The notes beneath the pieces are model-generated. The model made no database searches. It had not been told where the DNA came from and saw only the letters and a program-made list of their open reading frames with translations. A stretch of DNA of 64,000 nucleotides. Origin: Myxococcales bacterium (GTDB lineage Bacteria > Desulfobacterota > Binatia > HRBIN30). Of this stretch, positions 29,050-38,031 are shown piece by piece. Numbering within the stretch: position 1 is the stretch's first letter; each line of letters begins with the position of its first letter. The position numbers and the translations under genes were made by a program. The stretch covers positions 64,001 to 128,000 of the forward strand of contig JBBILD010000007.1 in NCBI GenBank assembly GCA_037445065.1. Reading direction: 5' to 3'.

Positions 29050-30192
29050 ATGAGCGCAGCTCCGCCTCCGACGTCTCGCTCCAACTTCGATCCTTGGGCG
29101 CCGCGCCCCCGCGCTACGGCACGCTGGGTGGTGGTCTCGGGGCTGGTGCACGCCGCACTACTGCTGCTGTTCGCAACCGTGACCCTGACCGTGATCCAGA
29201 AAATCGAGGAGATTCGGGTCAAGGTGCAGGAAGAGGCGATCCCAGGCCCGGAAAATTTGGAGGGGGCAGATTCCCTGCGCGACGTGGCCGGCGCCCTGCG
29301 GCCGGAACAAGCCTTGCCCAAACGAGCCCAAGCGAGCGGGCCCGCGCCGCAAGGCATCCGCGCCCCCGAGCTTCCCGCCATCGGTGGTTTCGGACCGAAG
29401 CTCGGCGGGCCGGTCCTCGATATTCACACTCCAATTTCCTTTGGCGCGGGCGGCGCTGGGGTCGGCGGACTGGGCGGTTCATTCGGTGAATACGTGGGCG
29501 GGCTGCGGCGCGTCGGCCTCGACGTGGCCTTGGTGATCGATACCACCGACAGCATGCAGTTCGTCATTGACGAAGTGCGCTCGCGCCTCAAAGCGTTCGT
29601 CGCCGCGCTGCAACGGATGGTGCCCACTACCCGCGTTGGCATCGTGGTCTATCGGGACAAAGGCGACGACTACGTGGTGAAGTGGACCGACCTCAGCTTC
29701 AACACCCAAAAGCTGCTGGATTTCTTGGCCAACATCCGAGCGGGCGGCGGGGGCGACTGGGAAGAGGCGGTCAAAGACGCACTCGATACAGCAGTGCACG
29801 AACTCAACTGGCGCAAGAAATCTAAAAAGGTCCTGATTATCGTCGGCGATGCACCACCACACCCGTGGGAACTCGACGAGGTCAGGGGAATCGTGCGCGA
29901 GTTTCGCCAGCAAGGCGGCTTCGTGAGTGCGATTGACGTCACCATTCCGGCGCACGAAATCTTCGACCGCCATATGTGGCGCTCTCTCCACGGCAGCAAA
30001 CCGTACCAGCCCTCTCCACTGCCGGACTTCTACCACGAAGTGAGCCGCACTTATGGGGAGATCGCCAAACTAGGCGGTGGCGAACTGGTACAGCTCCGCG
30101 AGAACAAGGCACTCATGCGCAGCATTCTCGAACTGACCTTTGGCAGTCGCTGGAAAACGGAGATGCAAAAGTACCTGAAGGAGTTGACCTAA
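29050..30192 (+). CDS. Membrane-anchored vWA-domain protein with TonB/TolA-like SxxxH anchor
   Basis: TM 'VVVSGLVHAALLLLFATV', Pro/Gly-rich linker, vWA with MIDAS-like 'IDTTDSM', 'VVYRD', 'GGGDWEE', 'IVGDAPPH'. Confidence 0.85.
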   Translation: MSAAPPPTSRSNFDPWAPRPRATARWVVVSGLVHAALLLLFATVTLTVIQKIEEIRVKVQEEAIPGPENLEGADSLRDVAGALRPEQALPKRAQASGPAPQGIRAPELPAIGGFGPKLGGPVLDIHTPISFGAGGAGVGGLGGSFGEYVGGLRRVGLDVALVIDTTDSMQFVIDEVRSRLKAFVAALQRMVPTTRVGIVVYRDKGDDYVVKWTDLSFNTQKLLDFLANIRAGGGGDWEEAVKDALDTAVHELNWRKKSKKVLIIVGDAPPHPWELDEVRGIVREFRQQGGFVSAIDVTIPAHEIFDRHMWRSLHGSKPYQPSPLPDFYHEVSRTYGEIAKLGGGELVQLRENKALMRSILELTFGSRWKTEMQKYLKELT

Positions 30193-30193
30193 C

Positions 30194-32533
30194 GTGGGGC
30201 GAAACGTCTGGCTGCTCGCCCTGCTGGCATTGCTGGCCAGCGCGGTGGCAGGCGCGCAATCCGTGGCCGACATCGTGGCCCGCGCCCGGCAGGTGAAGCA
30301 AAGCTGGTCCGGGGGCCAACCACCGAGCGACGAAGCAGCCCTGCGCCAATCCATCGCCCGGTTAGGAGAGGCGGCCTTGCAGTTCATCGCCCTCAGTGAT
30401 CGCTTCGAGCAGCAAGGGGGAGGGAAGGAAGGGGAAGCTTTGCTGGAAGCATACCGCGCGCTGAGCCAACCGCTCGAAGCCATTTACGAGGCGACAGGCG
30501 GCAAGCTCGAGCGCATGGTGCAAAAGGTCATCGCGGAAGACGGCGACTTGGAAGCTCTCTACGAATCCCCGGAGTACCGCAGAGCCGGCACCCTCGGAGC
30601 GCAAGCACTCTACTATCTGAATTGGGTCCGTTTTTACGGCGCGCGCCGGATGGAAGGCGCCCAACGCAAGATTCTCTTGGAGAAAGCAATGCAGGGTTTC
30701 GGCGAGTTTGCCGGCAGCGACAACGCGGAACTCCGACGCGAGAGCTTGCTCGGCCGCGGCCTCTGCGCCCTCGAACTGGGCGACTTGGACGCCGCCACCC
30801 AGGATCTCCTCGCAGTGGCCGACGACCCGCAAAATCCTGCCGAACGCCGATCCAAGGCGCGCCTGGCCTTGCTCGATGCGTACGTGCGGCATGGTCGGTA
30901 TCGGGAAGCGGTCCAGCTTTCTGCCGCCTTGATGGGTACCGCTGGGGCGGATGCGCGGGTGCGCTTTTTGCACGCCCGCGCCTTGTTGGAACTGGCGCGC
31001 AAAGCCAGCGCCGAAGAAGCAGAACGGTTGCGCAAGGACGCGGTGGCTGCGCTCGAACCGCTGCAGCGTGGCGGCGGGGTGTGGGCCGAACGCGCACAAG
31101 GACTCCTCCTGTCGTTTGCGGACGATCCGGCGCGGCTCGCCAAAATGGTCGAAGGTCCCCGGGCGCGCATCGAGCTGGCCAAAATGCTGCTGCAGAAAAA
31201 GGACTACCGGCAGGCCATCTCCGTGCTCGAAGAGGCGGGGAGGTCCGGGTCTCTTTCCCCCGCACTCGAAGCAGAGCGCCGTTACGTGCTGGGTTTGGCC
31301 CAGTTCCAAAGCGGCCTGTGGCGCGAAGCGGCGGAGAACCTGAGGCTAGCCGCACAGGAGAAGACCGGCGAGGACGCGGCGGAGGCAGCCTACCTCCACT
31401 TCAAGGCTTGGGAGCGGATGGCTGCCGACCAACGGGAACAAGCGGACTTGGCTGCCTACGAGCGAGCCATCCGAGCGTACGTCGAGCGCTTTCCCCAGCA
31501 CCGCTTTGCCTACGAGGGCTTTTTCCGGCTGGGCGAGCTGCTCCAGCAGCGCAAACAGTGCAAGGAGGCGCTGGAAGCATTCGCGCGTGTGAGCGGCGAT
31601 GCGGAGTTTCATGTCCGTGCTCGCTTCGGAGCGCTTCAATGCCGAGTGACCTTGCTCGCCGAGTCGGGTAGCCCCTCTGCACAAACGCTGGCGGAACTCG
31701 GCAGTGAACTTGCGATACTGACCCGGGCCCTCGAAGATCTCAAGCACCGCCAGCGCAACGAGCCCGTGGTGCTGAGCGGTCTCGAAGCGAAACTCACCCT
31801 CCTTCGCGCCGCGTGGCAAAGCTGGCAGGCGGAGCCAGACTGGCAGCAAATCGCCTCCGCGCTCGAAAACTTCGAGCAGCGCTATGCGCAGCAAAGCGAG
31901 CTGTTTGCGGCTGTCAACCGCTTGCGCTTACTCGCCTACTTGCGCCTCGGCCGCTTCCGCGACGCCGAGGCCGTGGCCGAGCGCTGGGCGTCGGAACTGG
32001 TGCGGGAGTTCGGCGCGCAGCAAAGCGAACAACTCGCTGCCGCCTTTGTGCGGGCCGGCACCCAGCGCAAGAACCAAGGCGAGGCCGGTGCCGACCTCGC
32101 CGCCCAACGCGTCGCGTTGCGCCTCTACGAAGCCCTAGCTGCTGCTGACTCGAACAAGCCCAAGTTCCGCCTGACTCTGGCGCGTTTATACGAGAACACC
32201 GGCGACCTGGTTCGCGCGCGCGCGCTGTACGAAGAGGTTCTCACTCAGGACCCCAACCTGCTCGCTGCGCTGCGCGCCCTGGCCGGAATGGCTGAAGCCA
32301 AGGGTGATCTCGAAGCCGCTCGCCAGTACTGGGAGCGTTACGCACGCGCCGCACGCCCGGGCGACGCGCCGTGGTACGAAGGGGAATACCAGCTCGCCCG
32401 CTTACAAAACACAGCCGGCGACCGCGGGGCCGCCTGCGCCCGCCTAGAAAAACTCAAGCCTGCCATGCCTGGGCTCAGTGACGTACAACTCCGCCAGCAA
32501 CTGGATCAGCTTTACCGGCAAGCTTGCCGCTAA
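30194..32533 (+). CDS. Exported tetratricopeptide-repeat (TPR) protein
   Basis: Signal peptide 'VWLLALLALLASAVAGA'; repeated Ala/Leu-rich helix pairs ('YVLGLAQFQSG', 'FRLGELL', 'LARLYENTGDLVRARALYEEVL'); starts 1 bp after the vWA stop. Confidence 0.82.
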   Translation: MGRNVWLLALLALLASAVAGAQSVADIVARARQVKQSWSGGQPPSDEAALRQSIARLGEAALQFIALSDRFEQQGGGKEGEALLEAYRALSQPLEAIYEATGGKLERMVQKVIAEDGDLEALYESPEYRRAGTLGAQALYYLNWVRFYGARRMEGAQRKILLEKAMQGFGEFAGSDNAELRRESLLGRGLCALELGDLDAATQDLLAVADDPQNPAERRSKARLALLDAYVRHGRYREAVQLSAALMGTAGADARVRFLHARALLELARKASAEEAERLRKDAVAALEPLQRGGGVWAERAQGLLLSFADDPARLAKMVEGPRARIELAKMLLQKKDYRQAISVLEEAGRSGSLSPALEAERRYVLGLAQFQSGLWREAAENLRLAAQEKTGEDAAEAAYLHFKAWERMAADQREQADLAAYERAIRAYVERFPQHRFAYEGFFRLGELLQQRKQCKEALEAFARVSGDAEFHVRARFGALQCRVTLLAESGSPSAQTLAELGSELAILTRALEDLKHRQRNEPVVLSGLEAKLTLLRAAWQSWQAEPDWQQIASALENFEQRYAQQSELFAAVNRLRLLAYLRLGRFRDAEAVAERWASELVREFGAQQSEQLAAAFVRAGTQRKNQGEAGADLAAQRVALRLYEALAAADSNKPKFRLTLARLYENTGDLVRARALYEEVLTQDPNLLAALRALAGMAEAKGDLEAARQYWERYARAARPGDAPWYEGEYQLARLQNTAGDRGAACARLEKLKPAMPGLSDVQLRQQLDQLYRQACR

Positions 32534-32538
32534 CCGCA

Positions 32539-32575
32539 ATCGAAGGCTTCAATCGGCGGAATGGCAATTTTGAAT
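32539..32575 (+). promoter_or_regulatory. OxyR-type binding site upstream of ahpC
   Basis: ATCG-N7-CAAT-N7-ATGG-N7-GAAT has the exact spacing of ATAG-N7-CTAT-N7-ATAG-N7-CTAT. Confidence 0.6.
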
Positions 32576-32641
32576 TGGCCTCCGCCACCGCTGCCGCCTA
32601 ATTCGAGCAGCAACATTCTCAGATTTCAGGAGGTAGATCGT

Positions 32642-33181
32642 ATGCTGACCGTTGGTGATCGCTTTCCCTCGTTTCGGCTCAAAGCAGTCGTCAGTCGCGA
32701 GCCGGGCCGTGAATTTCAAGAACTCAGCGATGCGGATTTCGCCGGCAAGTGGCTGGTCGTGTTCTTCTGGCCCATGGACTTCACCTTCGTGTGCCCTACC
32801 GAGATCGCGGAATTCGGCCACCGCGAAGCGGAGTTCCGGGCTCGCAATGCGCAAGTGCTCGGTGCGTCCACCGACACCCACTACGTCCACCTCGCCTGGC
32901 GCAACCAGCACCCGGAACTGCGCGACCTGCCCTTCCCGATGCTGGCCGACACCAAGCGCGAACTCTCGGCCGCTCTCGGCATTCTGCACCCGCAAGAAGG
33001 CGTGGCGCTGCGCGCCACCTTCGTGGTCGACCCAGAGCGCGTCATCCGCTTCGTGAGCGTGAATGACCTGTCCACGGGGCGGAACGTGGATGAGGTCCTG
33101 CGCGTGCTCGCCGCATTGCAGACCGACGAACTGACTCCGTGCAATTGGAAGCCCGGGGAGCCCACCCTGCGAGCGGCTTGA
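32642..33181 (+). CDS. ahpC: Peroxiredoxin AhpC
   Basis: 'WPMDFTFVCPTEI' peroxidatic motif, 'GRNVDEVLRVL', 'DELTPCNW'; AGGAGG RBS. Confidence 0.93.
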   Translation: MLTVGDRFPSFRLKAVVSREPGREFQELSDADFAGKWLVVFFWPMDFTFVCPTEIAEFGHREAEFRARNAQVLGASTDTHYVHLAWRNQHPELRDLPFPMLADTKRELSAALGILHPQEGVALRATFVVDPERVIRFVSVNDLSTGRNVDEVLRVLAALQTDELTPCNWKPGEPTLRAA

Positions 33182-33199
33182 GGCTCGTTTCACATCCGC

Positions 33200-33238
33200 C
33201 AGCGGGAGCCGACTTTCCCCCGGCTCCCGCTGTCTTCC
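33200..33238 (+). terminator. Probable terminator after ahpC
   Basis: 12-bp perfect stem CAGCGGGAGCCG/CGGCTCCCGCTG with 9-nt loop; weak pyrimidine tail. Confidence 0.55.
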
Positions 33239-33307
33239 AAGCAGAAATCCACGCCTTCCGATTGATGCGCGCCGTTCGGTTGTTACTCTGCGCGCCGGAG
33301 GTGCGGC

Positions 33308-34036
33308 ATGAAAGAGACCCTTTCCCAACCAACCACAGCCCCCCGGCAGTGGCACCGGCGGCAAGTGTTGCAAGCGGGTAGCGCGCTGGCAGTGACCCTT
33401 TTGGTTCGCCGGCTCGGCGCGGAAGCGGCTGGACCAATTTCTCTCCCGCCCCTTCCGTGGCCGGAGAAGGCCCTCGAGCCGGTAATTTCCGCGCGGACGA
33501 TTTCCTTTCACTACGGCAAGCACCACCGGGCTTACGTGGACAACACCAACAAGCTCGTCGCCGGTACGGAGTACGCCGACCTGCCGCTCGAGGAGATCGT
33601 GCGGCGCAGCGCCACGCAACCTGGCAAAGGGGCTTTGTTCAACAACGCTGCCCAAGTGTGGAACCACACGTTTTACTGGCACAGCTTGCGGCCCAAGGGG
33701 AGCGGCAAGCCGAGCGGGAAAATCCGCGAGTGGATTGACCGCGATTTTGGCGGCTTCGAGTCGTTTCGCGAAAAGTTTGCGGCGGCCGCCACCGGCCAAT
33801 TCGGCAGTGGCTGGGCGTGGCTCGTGGCAGCCGACAAACGCCTCGAGATCGTAGCCACGGGCAACGCCGACACCCCACTTACAGCAGCCGGGAAAACCCC
33901 GCTACTGACCATTGATGTGTGGGAGCACGCCTATTACCTCGACTACCAAAACCGCCGCGCCGATTACGTCCACGCGGTGATCGACCGACTCCTCAACTGG
34001 GAGTTTGCCGAGCAAAACTTGGCCAAAGCGGGGTGA
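33308..34036 (+). CDS. sodB: Fe-type superoxide dismutase with putative twin-arginine signal
   Basis: 'HYGKHH', '[10 protein letters not shown]', 'QFGSGWAW', 'DVWEHAYY'; N-terminal '[17 protein letters not shown]...AEA'. Confidence 0.92.
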   Translation: MKETLSQPTTAPRQWHRRQVLQAGSALAVTLLVRRLGAEAAGPISLPPLPWPEKALEPVISARTISFHYGKHHRAYVDNTNKLVAGTEYADLPLEEIVRRSATQPGKGALFNNAAQVWNHTFYWHSLRPKGSGKPSGKIREWIDRDFGGFESFREKFAAAATGQFGSGWAWLVAADKRLEIVATGNADTPLTAAGKTPLLTIDVWEHAYYLDYQNRRADYVHAVIDRLLNWEFAEQNLAKAG

Positions 34037-34043
34037 GACTGGG

Positions 34044-35546
34044 TCAGCGCGTGGCGCTGCGCCAGCGGGCCTCGACTCGTTTCACGCGATCACCACGGCG
34101 CACCACCCAGGCGACCGTGTCGGGTTGCGGGAACTCGGGGCCCCACAGGACGGTGTCGAACGAATACACGCTGTCACCATCCACAACCGCAACGACCTTT
34201 TGCTTGTGACGGGCCTCCCAGGCCAAGTGCCGGCCGTCGGGTGAAAAACGCGGCCGCCAAGCTTCATCGTAGGCAAGGGGAAACGCTAGCCCGTCCATCA
34301 AGTAACTCCACTTGCCGCGCGGCTCTCGCGCAGCGGCGAACGCTACGCGTTCGCCGGCCGGATCGAACGCAACGCCCCAAACACTGTAAAATGGACCCCA
34401 GCGTTTCCCATCGACAACGAAATCCGCCGGTACGTCGGGACTCACCGGCAGCCCGCGGTAACAAGGGTAGGCCAGGTGCTGCCCGTCATCGGACAACATC
34501 GGCGGCATAAATTCCCAGTAGTGCTCGCAGATCGTGTTCTCGGGCTTGCCGTCTCGGTTCAGCCGCCACTTCGACTCCTCGCCCGGAACCTTTTCCCACC
34601 ACGCCACCACCGGTGCGGAATCGGCTCCGTTCAGCGAATTCACCAGGATGGTGGGCGAGGTACGGAATTGATCGAAGCCAAATGACACTTGCCCGCCGAG
34701 GCTCAGCACGTGCGAGAACGACGCCAGTCGGGTATCGTTCCGATACAGGGCCCAGCCATCCCGATCGTAAGCGAGCGTAACCAGACTCCCGTCTGTGAGA
34801 TAAAGAAGCTTGAACTGGCCGAGCCCCGGCGCCCGCTCGCTCATGCGCAGCGGCGGTGAGGCTTTGTCAGTGGGCGGCCGTTCGAAGACACGCCGCTCCT
34901 TCCCGTTGACAACGAGCACATGCGAGCCGTCCGCGCGCTCAGCGACAAACGCGACCTCCTGGCCATCGGATCGGATCGCCGGTACGGAGACATCCTCGTA
35001 CACACCGAGCAGCTCTCCGTTCGAGTACACAGCAGCCTTGCCCGCGCTGCCCGGCCCTGCCACCTCGCGCGCGAAATTGCCGGCCGTCGCCCAACGGGTG
35101 CCGTTGCGGCTGATGACGAACGGATTGGGTTGTCGAAAACCCGTGCGGGTTTCCTGCCCATTGTCCACCAAAAGCAGATCCTCTTCGCCCAGCTTACGGT
35201 CGATCGCCCAGTACAAGCGCCGTTGCGTTTCGCGCAGCAATACCGGATGAGAGACTTCCTCGTACTCGCGATCTGCGCCGGCGCTGTGGACCACGCGTTC
35301 CCCTGCTGTGGTGCGCTCCACGTATGCGTACGTCACTCCGTCCGACCCGATCGCCAACGTCTGCCGCCGCGCTGTCTCCGGCAAGCGCACCAGCGTGCGC
35401 GCAGAAACTTCGACTCTCCGCGGCGGCACCTCCGCTTGCCGCTGGCATGCAGCAAGGCAAACGAGCGCGAGTGCCCCGCACCAGCTTGCGGTTAGCGTGC
35501 GGCCAAAGCGGGAGCGCCACCGGCGCCCTGCGGCATCGCCGATCAT
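34044..35546 (-). CDS. Hypothetical lipoprotein with beta-propeller-like (PD40/TolB-like) repeats
   Basis: Lipobox 'CLAAC'; repeats 'RSDGQEVAFVA', 'SDDGQHLAY', 'FSPDGRHLAW'; ATG 35546 overlaps the upstream stop. Confidence 0.7.
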   Translation of the reverse strand: MIGDAAGRRWRSRFGRTLTASWCGALALVCLAACQRQAEVPPRRVEVSARTLVRLPETARRQTLAIGSDGVTYAYVERTTAGERVVHSAGADREYEEVSHPVLLRETQRRLYWAIDRKLGEEDLLLVDNGQETRTGFRQPNPFVISRNGTRWATAGNFAREVAGPGSAGKAAVYSNGELLGVYEDVSVPAIRSDGQEVAFVAERADGSHVLVVNGKERRVFERPPTDKASPPLRMSERAPGLGQFKLLYLTDGSLVTLAYDRDGWALYRNDTRLASFSHVLSLGGQVSFGFDQFRTSPTILVNSLNGADSAPVVAWWEKVPGEESKWRLNRDGKPENTICEHYWEFMPPMLSDDGQHLAYPCYRGLPVSPDVPADFVVDGKRWGPFYSVWGVAFDPAGERVAFAAAREPRGKWSYLMDGLAFPLAYDEAWRPRFSPDGRHLAWEARHKQKVVAVVDGDSVYSFDTVLWGPEFPQPDTVAWVVRRGDRVKRVEARWRSATR

Positions 35547-36040
35547 TCCGGCGTGTAGCGGATGACCACGCGGCTGCCGTCCGCAAAGCCTTGCCGGAAC
35601 CGCTGCTCGTGCTGGCTCCACCGATCCGGATACTTCTTGGCGAACACCTCGAGGATCCGCTGCTCCGCTTCTTTGCTTTTCACGATCTCCCCGCGGGCAA
35701 ACAACACCGGCCCGTCCGGTTTGCCGACGGCGATACGCGCCCGCGGTCTTCCCCACCGGATACGCTTGGCGCGCCAGGAACTGGCTGGGGTACCCAAGTA
35801 CACGGCCCCATCATGAAACAGAAACCAGATTTCTGCAGCTCGGCTCCAACTTCCGTCCTTGCGCTGGCTCGATATGTACACGTATTTGGCTTGTTCCAAC
35901 GCGTCGCGAACCTCCGGTGAGAGTTCCGCTCGGCTTCCCTGCGGCCACCACAACAAGCTCCCCGCTGCCAAGATCAACATGCGGATCGCCAGCCTGCGAA
36001 CTCGCTCCGCCCTACTTGCAGCGGACTTTCTGCTGCTCAT
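35543..36040 (-). CDS. Split-barrel (PNPOx/F420-FMN-binding-like) protein with signal peptide
   Basis: 'YISSQRKDGS...EIWFL..DGAVYLGT...SWRAKRI...PRARIAVG...KKY'; hydrophobic N-terminus. Confidence 0.65.
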   Translation of the reverse strand: MSSRKSAASRAERVRRLAIRMLILAAGSLLWWPQGSRAELSPEVRDALEQAKYVYISSQRKDGSWSRAAEIWFLFHDGAVYLGTPASSWRAKRIRWGRPRARIAVGKPDGPVLFARGEIVKSKEAEQRILEVFAKKYPDRWSQHEQRFRQGFADGSRVVIRYTPE

Positions 36041-36900
36041 GCGCCCTCCCCTCCGGAAGAGTTGCTTGCACTCGCCCAGCGCTCACGCGCAAGCCTCTCC
36101 CGATACGCGCGGCTGAGCGGCAGCACGTTCACCGTGCCAGTGATGTCGTTGAGGTCAATGTACACCTCTGTGCGGTACACCTCGGTAATGGCACGGTAGG
36201 TGAGCACGTCGCCCGGTGGTCCAGCGCAATACACGGCGCCCTCGTCCAGAAGCACCACCCGGTCGCAATACTGCGCAGCGAGGTTCAAGTCGTGCAACAC
36301 CGTGAGCACGCTTTTGCCCTCGCCCAGCAGCTCTCGTAACAGGTCGTACATCTCGACCACGTGTCGCAGGTCGAGAAACGCTGCCGGTTCGTCCAACAGT
36401 AGTATGGGAGTGTCTTGAGCAAGCGCTCTGGCCAGCATCACCCGCTGGCGTTCGCCCCCACTCAGCTCCTGGATGGTGCGGTGCGCGAGGTGTGCCACAC
36501 CCGTCCGCTCCATCGCCGCTCGGGCACGAGCCAGGTCTTCGGCATCCTCGAAGGAAAACCCGGCGAGGTACGGCGAACGGCCCATCAGAACCACTTCCAA
36601 CACAGAGAACGGGAACTCCACGTGGGTGTCCTGCGGAACGACAGCGATCGAACGGGCAATCTCGCGCGGCGAAAGTTCGTGTAGGCAGCGGCCGTATAGC
36701 AGCACCTCGCCCGCCCGGGGCCGCACCACGCCGCTCAGGACGCGGAGCAAGGTAGATTTGCCGGACCCGTTCGGACCGATGAGACCGACGAGCTCGCCCG
36801 CACCCAGCGCAAGGGATACGCCTCGCAATACGAGTTGGGATGGCCGGTATCCGAACTCGATTTCCCGAGCCTCGAGCGGGAAGCGCTGAGCTACGAGCAT
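36037..36900 (-). CDS. Cobalamin/iron-chelate ABC transporter ATPase (BtuD/FhuC/HmuV-like)
   Basis: Walker A GPNGSGKST, 'VLMGRSPY', LSGGERQRV, 'LLLDEP', 'VLHDLNLAAQYCD'. Confidence 0.93.
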   Translation of the reverse strand: MLVAQRFPLEAREIEFGYRPSQLVLRGVSLALGAGELVGLIGPNGSGKSTLLRVLSGVVRPRAGEVLLYGRCLHELSPREIARSIAVVPQDTHVEFPFSVLEVVLMGRSPYLAGFSFEDAEDLARARAAMERTGVAHLAHRTIQELSGGERQRVMLARALAQDTPILLLDEPAAFLDLRHVVEMYDLLRELLGEGKSVLTVLHDLNLAAQYCDRVVLLDEGAVYCAGPPGDVLTYRAITEVYRTEVYIDLNDITGTVNVLPLSRAYRERLARERWASASNSSGGEGA

Positions 36901-36913
36901 CGTGCCACTTTTT

Positions 36914-36957
36914 AAAAGCAAAAGCGGCGGCAGGCCAGGGTTAGCCGCCGCCGCTTT
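36914..36957 (-). terminator. Intrinsic terminator between the barrel gene and the ABC ATPase
   Basis: 11-bp stem AAAGCGGCGGC/GCCGCCGCTTT (36921-36931/36947-36957) followed on the minus strand by TGCTTTT. Confidence 0.6.
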
Positions 36958-36984
36958 CGGCGCGAGTTTGTCCCTGCGCGCCAG

Positions 36985-37884
36985 TTACGGGCGGAGTAAG
37001 AAGCTGATCGAGCCGCCGATACCCCAATCCGCCGTCTCGTCCGTGATCCCGAAACTCCCCGTCGGCCGCAACACGATTTCGTAACCGTTTTGCGGAAGGC
37101 GGACGTCAATCCCAGGTTGCCAGGCCAATACGTCAGGGTTGTCCCCAACGGTGTGGACAGTTCCGCCATTGATTTCCGAACGGAACCCGACTTGATCGGT
37201 CCAGCGATAGTAAATGCCTCCCCCGTACACCGTGACTTCCCGCGAACTCGAAGTGTGCGAGGCCACGAACGTGTATCCCCCGTGGGCACGAACCTCGAAC
37301 GGCCCGTAGTGCAGCCCAACCATTCCATACGGAGTGAAGTTGAACTTGCCGGTTCCAGGTTGCAGCGCATTCATGGGCAATACCGACAGGGCCTTCACGT
37401 TGCCCGGCAACAAGGTGGTCTCGGCAGTGGTGAGCCCTCCTTCGGTGGATCCGGTCGGGAATCCCACTGTCACACCCGCACCCGCATCGAAATACTCGCT
37501 GCGCAACGGCACCGCTTTCACAAAAGCGCGCAGATCACCGGGGCCTTCTCCGCCCGCGGTTCGGACGTTCCCGCCAACCCTTTGCTCCACTTCGAGATGC
37601 CGCCAGAACGGGAAGATCAAGCCGGCCTCGAGCAGGTCCATCCCGTAACTCAAGCGCAGCCCACCCGTGTCCGCAGAGGTGGTCGTCTTATTCCCAAGGT
37701 TGTCCTTGACCACATCCTGCGCAAACGTGGCCAGGGGCTCGATCCAAAAGCCTTCGGTGACCGCGGTGTCTGCCTCGAAGCGATCCAGGCTCCGCGTCGG
37801 CGGCGCTTTCTCCTGACTCCACGCCGGGAAAGCGCTCAGTACCAACCCGAGGCAACTCGCAACCACTAGCCCTCGTCGCAGCAT
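36985..37884 (-). CDS. Predicted outer-membrane beta-barrel protein
   Basis: Signal peptide ending 'AFPAWS'; alternating beta-strands; terminal 'DWGIGGSISFLLRP'; strong RBS AAAGGAGGAGG. Confidence 0.65.
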   Translation of the reverse strand: MLRRGLVVASCLGLVLSAFPAWSQEKAPPTRSLDRFEADTAVTEGFWIEPLATFAQDVVKDNLGNKTTTSADTGGLRLSYGMDLLEAGLIFPFWRHLEVEQRVGGNVRTAGGEGPGDLRAFVKAVPLRSEYFDAGAGVTVGFPTGSTEGGLTTAETTLLPGNVKALSVLPMNALQPGTGKFNFTPYGMVGLHYGPFEVRAHGGYTFVASHTSSSREVTVYGGGIYYRWTDQVGFRSEINGGTVHTVGDNPDVLAWQPGIDVRLPQNGYEIVLRPTGSFGITDETADWGIGGSISFLLRP

Positions 37885-38031
37885 AACTCCTCCTCCTTTC
37901 TCCACCCGACCACGCTACTGATGTGGCAAGCTGCCTCCCTGTTCCACAACCGCAACCTCACTGTCAAGCAACACAGCCTCTCCCCGAGCACGCAGCCGGC
38001 ACCCCTGGTTGGTCAGCAGGGCGCTGCCCGT

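Noticed and set aside
33128..33145. Selenocysteine at the missing AhpC cysteine (CTGACT contains TGA)
   Set aside because: The TGA is out of frame; the codons read CTG ACT CCG TGC
32549..33799. 416-aa minus-strand ORF and the many other long antisense or alternate-frame ORFs (e.g. 7712-8905, 38472-39893, 63083-63757)
   Set aside because: Shadow ORFs of well-supported genes, expected in high-GC DNA; no motifs
37920..37950. Sigma54 promoter before the barrel gene (GG-N10-GC with TTGC)
   Set aside because: Lacks the TGGCAC -24 consensus; match too weak
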